64,000 nt of DNA from Sphyrna mokarran (lineage: Eukaryota), in assembly GCA_024679065.1 (NCBI GenBank), contig JAGIQG010000002.1:72230001-72294000 (forward strand). Direction: 5' to 3'. How positions within the stretch are numbered: position 1 is the first letter of the stretch; the number at the start of each line of letters is the position of its first letter. Under the pieces are notes generated by a model. That model was not told where the DNA came from, ran no database searches, and was given only the letters and a program-made list of their open reading frames with translations. Shown here piece after piece: positions 26,101 through 36,961 of the stretch. The translations under genes and the position numbers were made by a program.

Positions 26101-27788
26101 TCAGCATAGTTGTGGCCAGCTTAACAATTTCTTCAATGTTGATTGATTTCTCCAGTGCTGCGGCCTCTCCAAACGTCTGCTCCACAAATTTCAGCGCTGT
26201 TGCTGGATCTGTGAACTTGTGCTCAGTTCCATTGTTGAGAGTAATCCTCAAGTAGGCTGGAAAGTGAACCCCAGGACAGTCATGCAGAAGTCGTTTGACA
26301 TCAGCAAAAGCTGCCTTTCTCTTTGCCACCATCTGGGAAAAAACTGGAAATATCAACAGCTTATTTTGCTGGTACCTCAGAGCGGTAGCCTGTGCTGCTT
26401 CCTGCAGGATTCTGTCTCGTGTTGAGGTGTAATGTACTCATGCAATAATGGGCTGAGGAACTTCTCCCAGTCTGGGCTTTGCCCATAACACTCTGTATGC
26501 ATGATCCAGAAGCGGCTTATCCTCAAGTTCCAGTACATTCTTCAATGGCTGGGTGACAAAGCCTGTGATATTTGGGTCCTTGATTTCCTGCGGAATCCTA
26601 TCAGAGGGATGTTATTTTGTTTTTGGATTCCTTTCATCTCATCACATTTCACCCTTAGGGACTAAACCTCCAACATCAAATGAATAACTTGGCTCTTCAG
26701 CTCAGAGGTTGTGTTTCCACTAAATTGCCTCTGAGTCTTCAAGCTCTTTTAAATGGTTCTCATGGACAATGGTGACACCTTGGCGAGATTTAACAAATGA
26801 TCCGAGCTCCTCTCTCAGCTCCTCTATCTTAGCCTGCAACTCAGCGGCCCACCAGTCCAACGTATTGTCCAATCTTTGCATAGACACCATAACAGCTTCT
26901 CCTGTTCTTTTGCTCAGCATGCTCTGTTCAGGGACTCCTCCAGGGTAGTGTGATATGAATAACCCCTATTGCCCCGTGGACCCACTCTTCGAGTTTTGTT
27001 TGCCTCCTGCCATTGTGCCAATGCCAGTGCCTGTGGTCTTGTCCATTTCCTCCAGTCTGAAGTACTATTTCTTGGTCCACATGTCAAGCTGTCTCACTGT
27101 TCAATCTACCAGAGTTCTTACATGGATTTCTTTCCACCTTACTTCACCCTTAACTGGGCAAACAAAAACAGCAAAGGATTTCCAGCTGAGCTGCAAGCTG
27201 CAACTCTTCTTCCTCACTTTAATTCACTCTTGGTTGGGTGAAAAAAGAAATAGCATTGGCCCCAGGTAGATCTGACAGTTGCAGTTTTTATCTCACAGAA
27301 ATTCTTCCCTGGGCTGCTCCCCCACCCTAAACTAATTCATACTTAATTGAGTGAAGAAACTACAAGACAGTTCTAGGCTGAACTGCAAGTCGCAACAAGC
27401 CCTCATTAAGCTCTAGCTGCCAAAAAAAATCTACAAGTAGAAGTAGCAGTTTGCAATTTGCAACATAACCTCAGAGGCTCTTGCTTCCGACTTTAATTCA
27501 CCCTTTCTTGGGTGAAAAAACACCAGAGAGTTTGCAGACAGACTTGCAATTCACAGCCCCTCCCCTGCTGAACATACATAGTAAATTCCAACTGGCAGGA
27601 AAAGGATTAAAAATAACCCTTTCCAGTTAGACTTTCAAAGTTTTGTCTGTGCAACTGCATTCCAGGTATGTTTAAAGTTTGCTTGATGTACATTAATCTC
27701 TGTCCAGACCTCAACAAACAGATTTCAAGAAGGATCTTGCCACCTGTGGATCATGCTTCCTCTCACATCAGTACCATCTTTGATTCCC
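23164..27788 (-). mobile_element. L1-clade LINE with both termini, internally deleted and inactive
   Basis: 5' end GGGAATCAAAGATGG; ORF1 C-terminus IFPVFSQMVAKRKAAFADVKRLL; RT motifs TGFIKNR, KKAFDQMEWDYL, QGTRKGCPLS, PLLFAIAIEPLA; HMFWACP; AATAAA plus poly(A); TSD CCAG(C/G)TCCTTTTT at 23156-23168 and 27789-27801. Confidence 0.9.
24575..24647 (+). mobile_element. CR1 3' tail inserted in the L1
   Basis: CATCGAGGGCCGAAGGACCTGTACTCTGCTGCACTGTTCTATGTTCAATGTTCTA. Confidence 0.7.
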
Positions 27789-28278
27789 CCAGGTCCTTTT
27801 TATATCATTAAAGTTAGTTCTCCTCCAGTTAAGTATTTGTATTCAGGGTTGTTCCTTGTCCTTTTCCAAAATGATTCTATACCTGATCACCTTTATTAAA
27901 TACTTTCCATTTGGAATATACTCTTCTCACCGCACCCCCCCCACCCCCTCCCGCTACCCCATGCCATTTAGAACTGGATCCAGCACTCTTCTGTCCGAAT
28001 TGGAATGGAAGCATATGGATCAGGAGAGTTTCTTTACATTCAATTCCTTTGCTTCCTTCCTCTTTACATGATTAGTCAACTTTAGAATTACTGAATATTA
28101 TCATTATTCTGCAGTTCTTGCAAGATTCTGTGCCTTTTTCTAAAATGAGCTCTACTGTCCCCTTCCCACTATTGATGGTCTATTGGTATACTCCTGATAG
28201 TATAATAGCTCCTTTATTGTTCTTTAATTCAAACCAAATATATTCTTTCTTTGACCCCTCAACTATATCATTCATTTA

Positions 28279-28625
28279 GGTAGCATAGTAGTTAGCACTG
28301 CTGCGTCACAGCAGTCTATACAGACTGCTATAACCTATACAGTCATTTCCTTGGGTGACTGTGTGGAGTTTGAACATTGTCCCCATGTCTGTATAGGTTT
28401 CCTTTAGGTGCGCTGATTTCCTCCCACAGTCCAAAGATGTGCTGGTTAGGTGGATTGGCCATGCTAAATTGCTCCTTCGTGTCCACAGATGTGTAGGTTA
28501 GATGAATTAGACATGATAAATGTGTGAGGTTGCTGGGATAGGGCAAGAGAGAGGCCTTGGGTAAAATACTCTGTTAGAGAGACAGTGCAGATGTGATAGA
28601 CTGAATGGCCTCTTCTATACTTTTC
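28279..28625 (+). mobile_element. HE1-type V-SINE
   Basis: GGTAGCATAGTAGTTAGCACTGCTGCGTCACAGC head; TTTCCTCCCACAGTCCAAAGATGTGCTGGTTAGGTGGATTGGCCATGCTAAATTG. Confidence 0.85.
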
Positions 28626-28884
28626 TATCTCCAACATGTATTTGATTAATACAGTTACTCTCCATTTTTTCTTCTCCAACATTCCTGAATATCTTGTAGC
28701 CATGAATATCAATTTCCCTGTCCTAATTTTCTTTGAGGAAGATTTCATTTTATTTGATTTATTATTGTCACATGTATTAGCATACAGTGCAAAGTATTCA
28801 GTACATATTCTTTCTCTTCCCAAATGCTTCCCCCATGCCTATTCCTCTGCCAATGTTGATTGATATCCATTCAATTATACACTA

Positions 28885-29510
28885 CAAGAACATAGGAACG
28901 TAAAGATTAGAATAGACAAATTGCATCTTTGAACCTGCTCTGCCATTCAATCAGATCATGGCTGATCTCTCCCTGGTCTCATCCATCTCTTACTCCCCAT
29001 TTTCCCTTATCCTTCTTTTTATCTGCTCACATCTAAGGGAAATATTTACAAGAAACTGAAATTGCAGGAGGAAAGAAAGATCATGAGGGGAGGTTGTAGA
29101 AAGAGTGGGATGAACATGTAGAAAGGAGAGATTTGTTTGAGGGGGTGGGTTGAGTGTGGGGAAGTGGTGGATGATGGCTGTCCTATTCCCTCTGCCTAGA
29201 AGCAATGCTGGGAACCTGCAGCCAGCAGATTCTGTCTCCAGGTTTTTTATTCATTTGTGGGACCTGGGCGTTGCTGGCTGGTCAGCATTTATTACCTATC
29301 CCTAGTTGCCTGAGGGCAGTTGAGAGTCATAAGGTTGAGTAAAAGGCAGTCTGCAAACATTAACTTTAAATTAATAACAAAATGTGAGGCACGCTGCCCC
29401 ATTTAAATAGAATGATCATATCACCATCTCTTTCTTCAAACCATTAAAAGATTAAGACTCCACTGTGCTGTGGGACAAGAGAGTTCCACACATTCACAGC
29501 TCTCTGCCAG
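28885..29510 (-). mobile_element. CR1 3' tail split by a duplicated genomic segment
   Basis: AAGAACATAGGAAC...GAACCTGCTCTGCCATTCAATCAGATCATGGCTGATC, resuming at ~29420 ATCACCATCTCTTTCTTCAAACC...GAGTTCCACACATTCAC. Confidence 0.6.
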
Positions 29511-29519
29511 AAGTGGAAT

Positions 29520-30000
29520 TATAGAATCCCTATCGTGTAGCAAGCGGGCAATCGGCCCATCGAGCCTGCACTGACAACAATCCCACCCAGCCCCATGTAT
29601 TTATCCTGCTAATCCCCCTGACACTAAGGGGCAATTTAGCATAACCAATCAATGTGTTATTAATGTTGTTTCATTTAAATGATTTAAAGTTTATTAGTTT
29701 TAAAGTTTAAACTTTATAATGCTGTTTAATTTAAATTATTGAGCAATTTTAAGTGTTTTTGACAAAATGCTGAAGGAAGGTAATGAATACCTTCATTTAG
29801 GTATTCTCATTTAGTAAGAGTGGGGACAACTTTAGAATCCCTACAGTACAGAATGAGGCCATTCGGCCCATCGAGTCTGTACCGACCACAATCCCACCCG
29901 GGCCCTATTCCCCTAACCTCACGCATATGTCCTACTAATCTCCCTGACGCTAGGGTCAACTTAGTACGGCCAAACAACCTAACCCGCACATTTCTGGAGT
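29520..30000 (-). mobile_element. Two partial HE1 SINE 3' halves (29520-29652 and 29832-30000)
   Basis: Both begin TAGAATCCCTA..GGCCCATCGAG.CTG.AC.GAC.ACAATCCCACCC and match 61522-61700. Confidence 0.8.
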
Positions 30001-30169
30001 TATGGTTACTGTAAGTACTCAAGTCCTGCTACATGTGGGGATGCGGGACATTCGCGTGGCCTGGGGTACGAGGATTGTGGCTCAACAAAGGCCGGGGAGA
30101 GATTGTGGAGAGAGACCATTGGGATGCGGACAATCTGTGTGGTGGGAGAGAGATGGCCGGATGAGGGGT

Positions 30170-30575
30170 TGCTCCTAAGGTCTGGGAGAAACATTACAGG
30201 GACCTGAAATCGCAGGAGGAAAAAAATCACGAAGGGAGGAAAGTCTTGAGAAGAGATTGCGGAGAAGAGTCTGATGATCGTGTGGAAAGAAGAGATATGT
30301 GTTTGAGAGGAAGGCAGGGGTGGGGCGGGGGAGGTGTTGCTGATGGTGGGGGAGCGGTGGGTGGTGGCCGGGGAGTTGTGTTTTCTGGCTGGGTGGGGCG
30401 GGCGAGGGGAGGGGGGTGCAGTCCTCTGCTGTACACTTTGCCTAGAAGCAGTGCTGGGAAAGTGCAGCCAGCAGCTTCTGCCTCTAGTTATTGGATAAAG
30501 CAATCTGCAAACATTAAATTTACATTAATAACAAAATGTGAGACACGCTGCCTCATTTAAATATGATAATTATGC
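30170..30575 (+). repeat. Source copy of a ~400-bp local duplication (other copy 29030-29420)
   Basis: Shared blocks CTGAAAT(C/T)GCAGGAGGAAA, TGCCTAGAAGCA.TGCTGGGAA..TGCAGCCAGCAG and TCTGCAAACATTAA.TTTA.ATTAATAACAAAATGTGAG.CACGCTGCC.CATTTAAATA. Confidence 0.85.
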
Positions 30576-33129
30576 AAAGTGCATTGCTTGGCTGGCCTTA
30601 CACTACGGTGGTTAAAATTGAAGCAGTTCAATTGGTAGAAGATTGGGATCAAATTTCACGTTTATTTCAAATTTAACCCTACCGATCGTGGTGAGGTTAA
30701 AATTACCCCCGAAATGTCTGGACCCGTTTAAAATAGATTATGTGCACAAGTAGTGGGTTTAGCAATAGCACTGCACATTCAAATAACGGCGAACCTCAAA
30801 TTCCTTTTAGACCCGGGAGATTCTGACTACTTGAGCTTCTGGCTTTTTCTTTTGCATTAATATACTTGTAATTTTGCACAGGCATCAGTATAACTCTGCT
30901 ATCAGGTCCCAGTCTAGCCTCTAAGCGGTAATCCAGGGAGCGGCTGGGAGAGGCTGCCCCACACCACTCGAGATTTATATCGAGTGTGATAGAATTTCAA
31001 CCCGGAATGAAACCGGTTTACAATTACTCGGACAGGTCTCCTTGATTTTATAAACCTGGCCTGTGTCAATGTCAAGTGATTTCTTATGCAAACTGACACA
31101 AAATGATAGTGTCGCTTGGGAGTCAGGAATGCTAAGTGTTTGCTAGGCTGGCAATGTCAGCTACTCTCCAGGAGGCCAACTCCTACTGCCTGGAGATGAA
31201 TAGACTCGACTCCGGTGTGGACCTGGATGTTTGAAGGTACTGGGACATGCATTGCCCCCTCCTGGAGTGTATTAATAATCGATCCTCAGGTTCTTTTTAA
31301 TCATGCTGAAAGTGCAGGATAGTCGCCATTTAATTCACTTTCTAAGAACATTAATAAAAGTAACACCCCGGACATCTTCAAGAAGTGGGCAATTGTACAA
31401 ACTTTGCACTAATGAGAGAAAAAAACAAGTGCGAAAATCATGCATTGAAAGAAATGTACAGTGCAAAGCTACGGGAATTACTGTTAAGTAGAGCTGAAAA
31501 TGTTTAAACTGCCAGCTTTGAGGGATGTTTAAGCACCTGGGAAGCTCCCAATGGTGGACAAATTGGGAATTACAGAAAGATATAAGACATAGATCGATTC
31601 CTCGTAAGGACACTGCCTTGGTCTTTGAAATCTGTATATCAATTATTGTCCGTTTACAGATCCACATTAATCCCCACTGAAACTCAAGTTCCAGATTAGT
31701 GAGGGTATCTTGTTACCTGGACACAGATCACATTCCATATTAATTTAAGAGTTTTACATTGCTCTTAAAACAACATCTCATTTTCCTGAAAATCCGTGAT
31801 TGAGGTTTGAGAACCGCATGCTGCTTTAAACATCTTGATTGCACGACATGCTTTGGTTGGTGTGTTTTGGTGTTTCCGAGATTAGTATATCAACAGTGAA
31901 GTCCCGGACTTTTTCGGGAGCCACTCTTTTTATTGACTCATTGAGTTATGAGATAGGCATGAAGCAAAGTTAATTTAATTGGCCTGTCAAAATCCCAGTT
32001 AATTAAACAATTCAGTGCATTCCAAAAGTCCTGACATTTTCACATAACCATTATGAAAGATTATACTTTTAAATGCGGAAAAGACTTTGCCTGAATGGGT
32101 CTATAAAATGTATTAAATACGATCGGTAGGTGACGCTCTAAACCACACAGTTCCTTCAAATTTTGGTGATTCTGCTCCGATTCTGTATTCAAATAGGAGG
32201 AAGCATTTATTTTGTTTTTGTAAATTTGTTCCAACAGATTTTAAATAAGCACGTGTCCGATTCGATTTTTTTTCTGTTTTATATTGTTGGAAAACGCGAG
32301 TCATTCCCTGTGTCTGTTTGTTTATACAAGTATAAGCAACAGTTTATTTTTGCTGGAGTTCTGTAACTACATTAACATGAGTCGCTGAAGGAAGACACAT
32401 AACATTTCATGTTTACCGTTCTAAATAAAAGCAAGTTACACTATCTATCCGACAGAAAAGAATAGAAGTGGTTGGATTCTATATTAGAAAATGTTGAGTT
32501 CTGGAAATGCAGCCTCGTCATCCCATCAAACATAAAATAAAATTCCAGAACCAAAGTTCAATTTGTAAGTATTTGAATCATACTTTGGACTACCTCAAAG
32601 ATTGCTAATAATTGAATTGTTAAAAGCAACTGTATTAATAATTAAACCAGGTTATTGTTGTTAAACAATGAAATAAAAACACGTTTGTATGTTTGGAAAG
32701 ATTTGAATAAATGTTCTTTTTAAACGATGTGCTTATTTTTTCACAACACAATTTCATAGTAAAGCATGAAGCTGAAAATGGTTTAGTCGTGTAAATGTAA
32801 TTCCGGGGAATGTTTGCATTCATGGCGTGTTCCGTGCTCGTTCTTGTGAAATGATTTGTTCAAATCAGCAACGGGCAATTGGAGTTGTTTTTCTTACCAA
32901 ATAAATTGTCAAACTACATTTGTGTGCACACCAGCGCGGGGGGATGGGGGTGGTGCGAGGTATAACTTAATATATCAACAAGGAAACTCTTTGGACTACT
33001 TAGAAAATAAAACTAATTTACGATGTCGCTCAAAGCAACAAATTCCTAATGAAAAGAAACGATTGTCATGATTTTAATCTGAGGTCGGACACCAAAGAAC
33101 AGGAGCCTCAAGATTGTGGGATTGTCTAT

Positions 33130-33450
33130 TTATATTTTACAATGTTTGCTGGTAAGCAGTGTGGTAAAGACTGCAGTCCTGGTAACCAGGGCAAAGTATG
33201 AATGCTAACGGGCGGTGGTGAGGGCTGTTGTTACTGGGATTCAAATGTTGTTTACCAACAACTGCTGTACAGCTACAATGCCGCCGTGCTTTGGGACTGG
33301 AGTCATTTGTTGTTTTGTGTTTAAACACTTCATTTAGGCATCGCGTTAGACGAGTTGAGCGAGTTAGGGTGTTACTGATGGCTGGCTGCTCTATCCAATG
33401 GAACAGATCCACCCAGTGCGTAATCGCGCAATTAGAGACTTAACCAAGAG
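33130..33450 (+). promoter_or_regulatory. Dlx5 proximal promoter region
   Basis: Directly upstream of exon 1; CpG-rich; forkhead-type TGTTTAC and TGTTTAAACA sites; CCAAT at 33395-33399; TAATCGCGCAATTA at 33421-33434. TSS not determinable. Confidence 0.55.
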
Positions 33451-33505
33451 TTTGCTGCGCCCCAGCCACACAGTCTGCTTGACTCTCGCCAACACACACA
33501 CAGCC

Positions 33506-33517
33506 ATGTCTACATAG
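33506..33517 (+). other. Minimal uORF (M-S-T-stop) in the presumed Dlx5 leader
   Basis: CAGCC ATG TCT ACA TAG; ATG is 84 nt upstream of and in frame with the main ATG. Confidence 0.65.
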
Positions 33518-33589
33518 ATTCCTTCAACACACATACACACCACGCTCGCACCCATCCACCGACCAGAACATCCCCCAGCTCGCCGGGCC

Positions 33590-33923
33590 ATGACAGGAGT
33601 ATTCGATCGCAAGCTTGCCAACATCCGGACAGATCTACAGGGCACTTTCCAGCACAGCATGCACCATCCGTCGCAGGAATCGCCGACTCTCCCCGAGTCC
33701 ACGGCCACCGACACGGGTTACTACAGCTCGGGCGGCCCCCACCACGGCTACTGCTCACCTTCATCTTACGGCAAGGTTCTCAACCCTTACCAGTACCAGT
33801 ATCACGGAGTCAACGGGTCCGCCGCCAATTACCCCCCCAAAGCTTACCACGAATACAATTACCCCGGCCATTACCACCAATATGGGGCATACAGCAGGGC
33901 TCAGCCAACATGCACCCAGCCAG
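33590..33923 (+). CDS. dlx5: Distal-less homeobox 5, coding exon 1
   Basis: MTGVFDRK...[17 protein letters not shown]...[18 protein letters not shown] (Dlx5 N-terminus); donor CAG|GTAAGG; 334 nt, phase 1. Confidence 0.97.
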
Positions 33924-34453
33924 GTAAGGAAACATTTTCCATCAACTTGACCAAAAAAACTCCTCCGAGCGTATATGGAAAAGCCACTGAAATCCGCGCG
34001 CTTCCCTCCCCCCCTCCTTTTCCACCCACCCCTCCAGGTTCAGGAACATTTCCGTGTCATTGCCCTGTTTGGGGGAGGGGGGTTCGCGGAATTACATTAG
34101 GATTTTTTTTACATCGTGAATGATGTTTTGTATAAATGTTAAGAGTAAGAAAGGCAAGGGTGAGCCTGTCGAAAATCGTGACGGTGGGAAGGACAAGAAA
34201 AAATGTGGACGTTTATTGAACAATTCTAAATGAATCGCCCTTACGCCCACTCCCCCCACCCTCCCGTCCCCAGTCCCCCTGTCCTGTCTTCACCCATTAC
34301 ACTGAGTGAAGTGAAAACGTCGCTTCTTCCAACAAACGGCAGAGTTTGCTTTCTTCTTTTGTGTATTTATTGTAATTTATTATTTAATAAAATCTGGATG
34401 GAAAATATTACAACTTCTAACTGGAAGGGGGTCTAGGCTACTTACTTTTGTAT

Positions 34454-34590
34454 GGGAGAGAGGGGGAGGGACAGGGAGAGAGAGGGGGGAAAGGAGAGAA
34501 AGGGGAAAGGGAAAGAAGGGAAGAGAGGGATGGAAAAGGGTGAGGGAGAAGAAAAGGAAGGGGGCGGGAAGGGAGAGACAGAGAAAGAGA
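34454..34590 (+). repeat. Polypurine G/A low-complexity tract in Dlx5 intron 1
   Basis: ~135 nt almost entirely G and A with many GGG runs. Confidence 0.8.
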
Positions 34591-34744
34591 TCTCCCGCTT
34601 GAAGTTTCAATATCAGGGATTCCGGGTCAAATCTAGAGCCCTTTCCCCTGTCCAGCCTCATTGTAAACGGTGACCCTTTCTCCCGCTCTCAGTTATTACT
34701 GAATCGCAGCGGCGAGCGCATTCCAATCGGGTTTTACAAACTAA

Positions 34745-35113
<369 letters not shown>

Positions 35114-35604
35114 TAATTTCACAGATGGTTTAGGTGAAAGTACTCCTGGAAAATATGTTTGAATGAACTGGCCAATTCCAAACACAAATGGTCGGCAAAA
35201 CAAACCCTCTCTCAATCATTTATCTGGGATTGCTTCGCTATCCGCGCCTCGCTATTGCCCTAGATGCATAAACACAATTGTATATATACATTGTATATAG
35301 ATACATAAATATATACATAGTATATATACATTAATACTGTGTATAATTCACAGCGCCTGACTTGAACCCTGCAGAGTAACCCTTGTCTTGTTATTTCAGT
35401 AGACCATCCGTCTCTCCCCCGCCTCATATGATTGGGTTGAACATTCTGAACAGTACTTGCAGCAAGACCGATGTTAGGAAAACTATTTATATTTATTTAT
35501 ATTAAATCGAATTTTATTCCATTCATTTCGACTAGTAATTTCAGTGGTGGACGAGTGTATTTTGATAATCATATTTTAGACAGTGAGCGTGAAGTAACTT
35601 CTGG

Positions 35605-35700
35605 ATTTTGAATTTGATTTATTATTGTCACATGTATTGGGATTCAGTGAAAAGTATTGTTTCTATCGCGCTATGCAGACAAAGCATACCGTTCATAAGA
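35605..35700 (-). mobile_element. Short Rex1/Babar 3' tail in Dlx5 intron 2
   Basis: TTTGATTTATTATTGTCACATGTATT...GAAAAGTATTGTTTC..CGCGCTATGCAGACAAAGCATACCGTTCATA matches 10014-10095. Confidence 0.85.
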
Positions 35701-36330
35701 ACCCACGTTAATTATTTAGAAGGTTTCGTAACGAAATGTCTCCCTCTTAAAAATAGAACGTCGTCCTATATTTTTAAGAGATCTTTTGGAAAATACACAC
35801 ACGGGGAAACTGCAGAACACTTTCTTGGAGGTGGGGGGGTGGAGAGGTGTGTGCTTTACCAGTTTGTTAGTTTCTTGTCGATCACTTCACTTATTTTGCT
35901 TATTATTAAGTATTAGCCTATTACTGTTTAAAAGTAAAATTGCTGTCATGAATATGTGCACAGGGCTCTTTACTTATCTGGATCTGGTGACAAATTGTCG
36001 AGAATGCACCGCGCAGTTTTAAACAAGGATTTCCAAACGAAACATTCGAGTAAGTTGTGTGGAGAGGGGTTAGAGAGAGGAAGAAATTATGGTTGTTGTC
36101 AGTGCACCGAGGGACGTACATTGATTTATTCTCTTGGTATGAAAATCCCAAATAGACCTTCTTTTCATTATTTTGTTACAACGCGCGAATCGACTAATAA
36201 AAATATAGGCGATGGACGCGGCACAGTCCATTTAGCACATACTAATTCGCAGTCCAAGTCCTTTACTTTGTCTTAGTTAATGCTGTGACATTTTGTTTTA
36301 GAATTGAATCTTCACCGTTTGTTTTGGCAG

Positions 36331-36645
36331 GTTAAAATATGGTTCCAGAACCGAAGATCGAAGATTAAGAAAATCATAAAGAATGGAGAGATCCCGCCAG
36401 AGCACAGCCCCAGTTCCAGTGACCCCATGGCTTGCAATTCTCCTCAGTCCCCTGCCGTCTGGGACACTCACAACTCCTCAAGGGTTGTCCACTCTCACCA
36501 AACTCCCAGCCACAACCCATCCACCGCAGGCTACCTGGAGAACGCCACTTCTTGGTATTCCAATCCCAGTTCCATTAATTCCCACATGCAATCTACAAGC
36601 TCACTACATCATCCACTAGCTTTGGCATCCGGGACTATTTATTAA
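36331..36645 (+). CDS. dlx5: Dlx5 coding exon 3 (helix 3 and C-terminus); spliced protein 277 aa
   Basis: Acceptor GTTTTGGCAG|; [14 protein letters not shown]...[23 protein letters not shown]...[14 protein letters not shown]. Confidence 0.97.
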   Translation, partial: VKIWFQNRRSKIKKIIKNGEIPPEHSPSSSDPMACNSPQSPAVWDTHNSSRVVHSHQTPSHNPSTAGYLENATSWYSNPSSINSHMQSTSSLHHPLALASGTIY

Positions 36646-36955
36646 TCTGCAATACTTTCCACAGTGGATTGATTAGGAGCGATCAGCAGTGGACATATGC
36701 AATTAAATGCACGTTTTGATCAGACGGAATCAAGAGAAGCCAAATTGTCTGACTCTGTACGTTCGGTGCATGCAACTTTCCGCATTTCAAAGAGGAAAAT
36801 GGGCTATATTTCCAACGGACGTCAGGGTGAACATGGACACTGTCAAAGGTGCCTTTCCCTTATAGGTTAAAACCGCCAATCTTACGGGATTTTTCAGTAA
36901 CATATATCATTGTACATACGTGTAGATAGTTGAATTGAACTGTATATTCTGTTTA

Positions 36956-36961
36956 AATAAA
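36956..36961 (+). terminator. Candidate Dlx5 polyadenylation signal (second AATAAA at 37066-37071)
   Basis: AATAAA with upstream TGTA motifs and downstream T/GT-rich sequence. Confidence 0.6.

Larger units (their letters stand above)
22380..28260 (-). mobile_element. CR1 LINE ORF2 remnant split by the L1 insertion (pieces 22380-23163 and 27789-28260)
   Basis: ILNWRRTNFNDIK at ~27.8 kb joins ELAQVNQKEKL...ALWITKDIVIKMRQK at ~23.15 kb. Confidence 0.7.

Noticed and set aside
30006-30560. 165-aa and 104-aa Pro/Gly-rich ORFs
   Set aside because: Produced by GC-rich low-complexity sequence; no recognisable domain
33391-33764. Antisense ORFs over Dlx5 exon 1 (likewise over Dlx6 exons)
   Set aside because: Shadow frames of GC-rich coding sequence
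33924-34123. C-terminal part of the 177-aa ORF, and similar extensions of other Dlx exon ORFs
   Set aside because: Intron readthrough past canonical GT donors; the spliced frames join exactly without it
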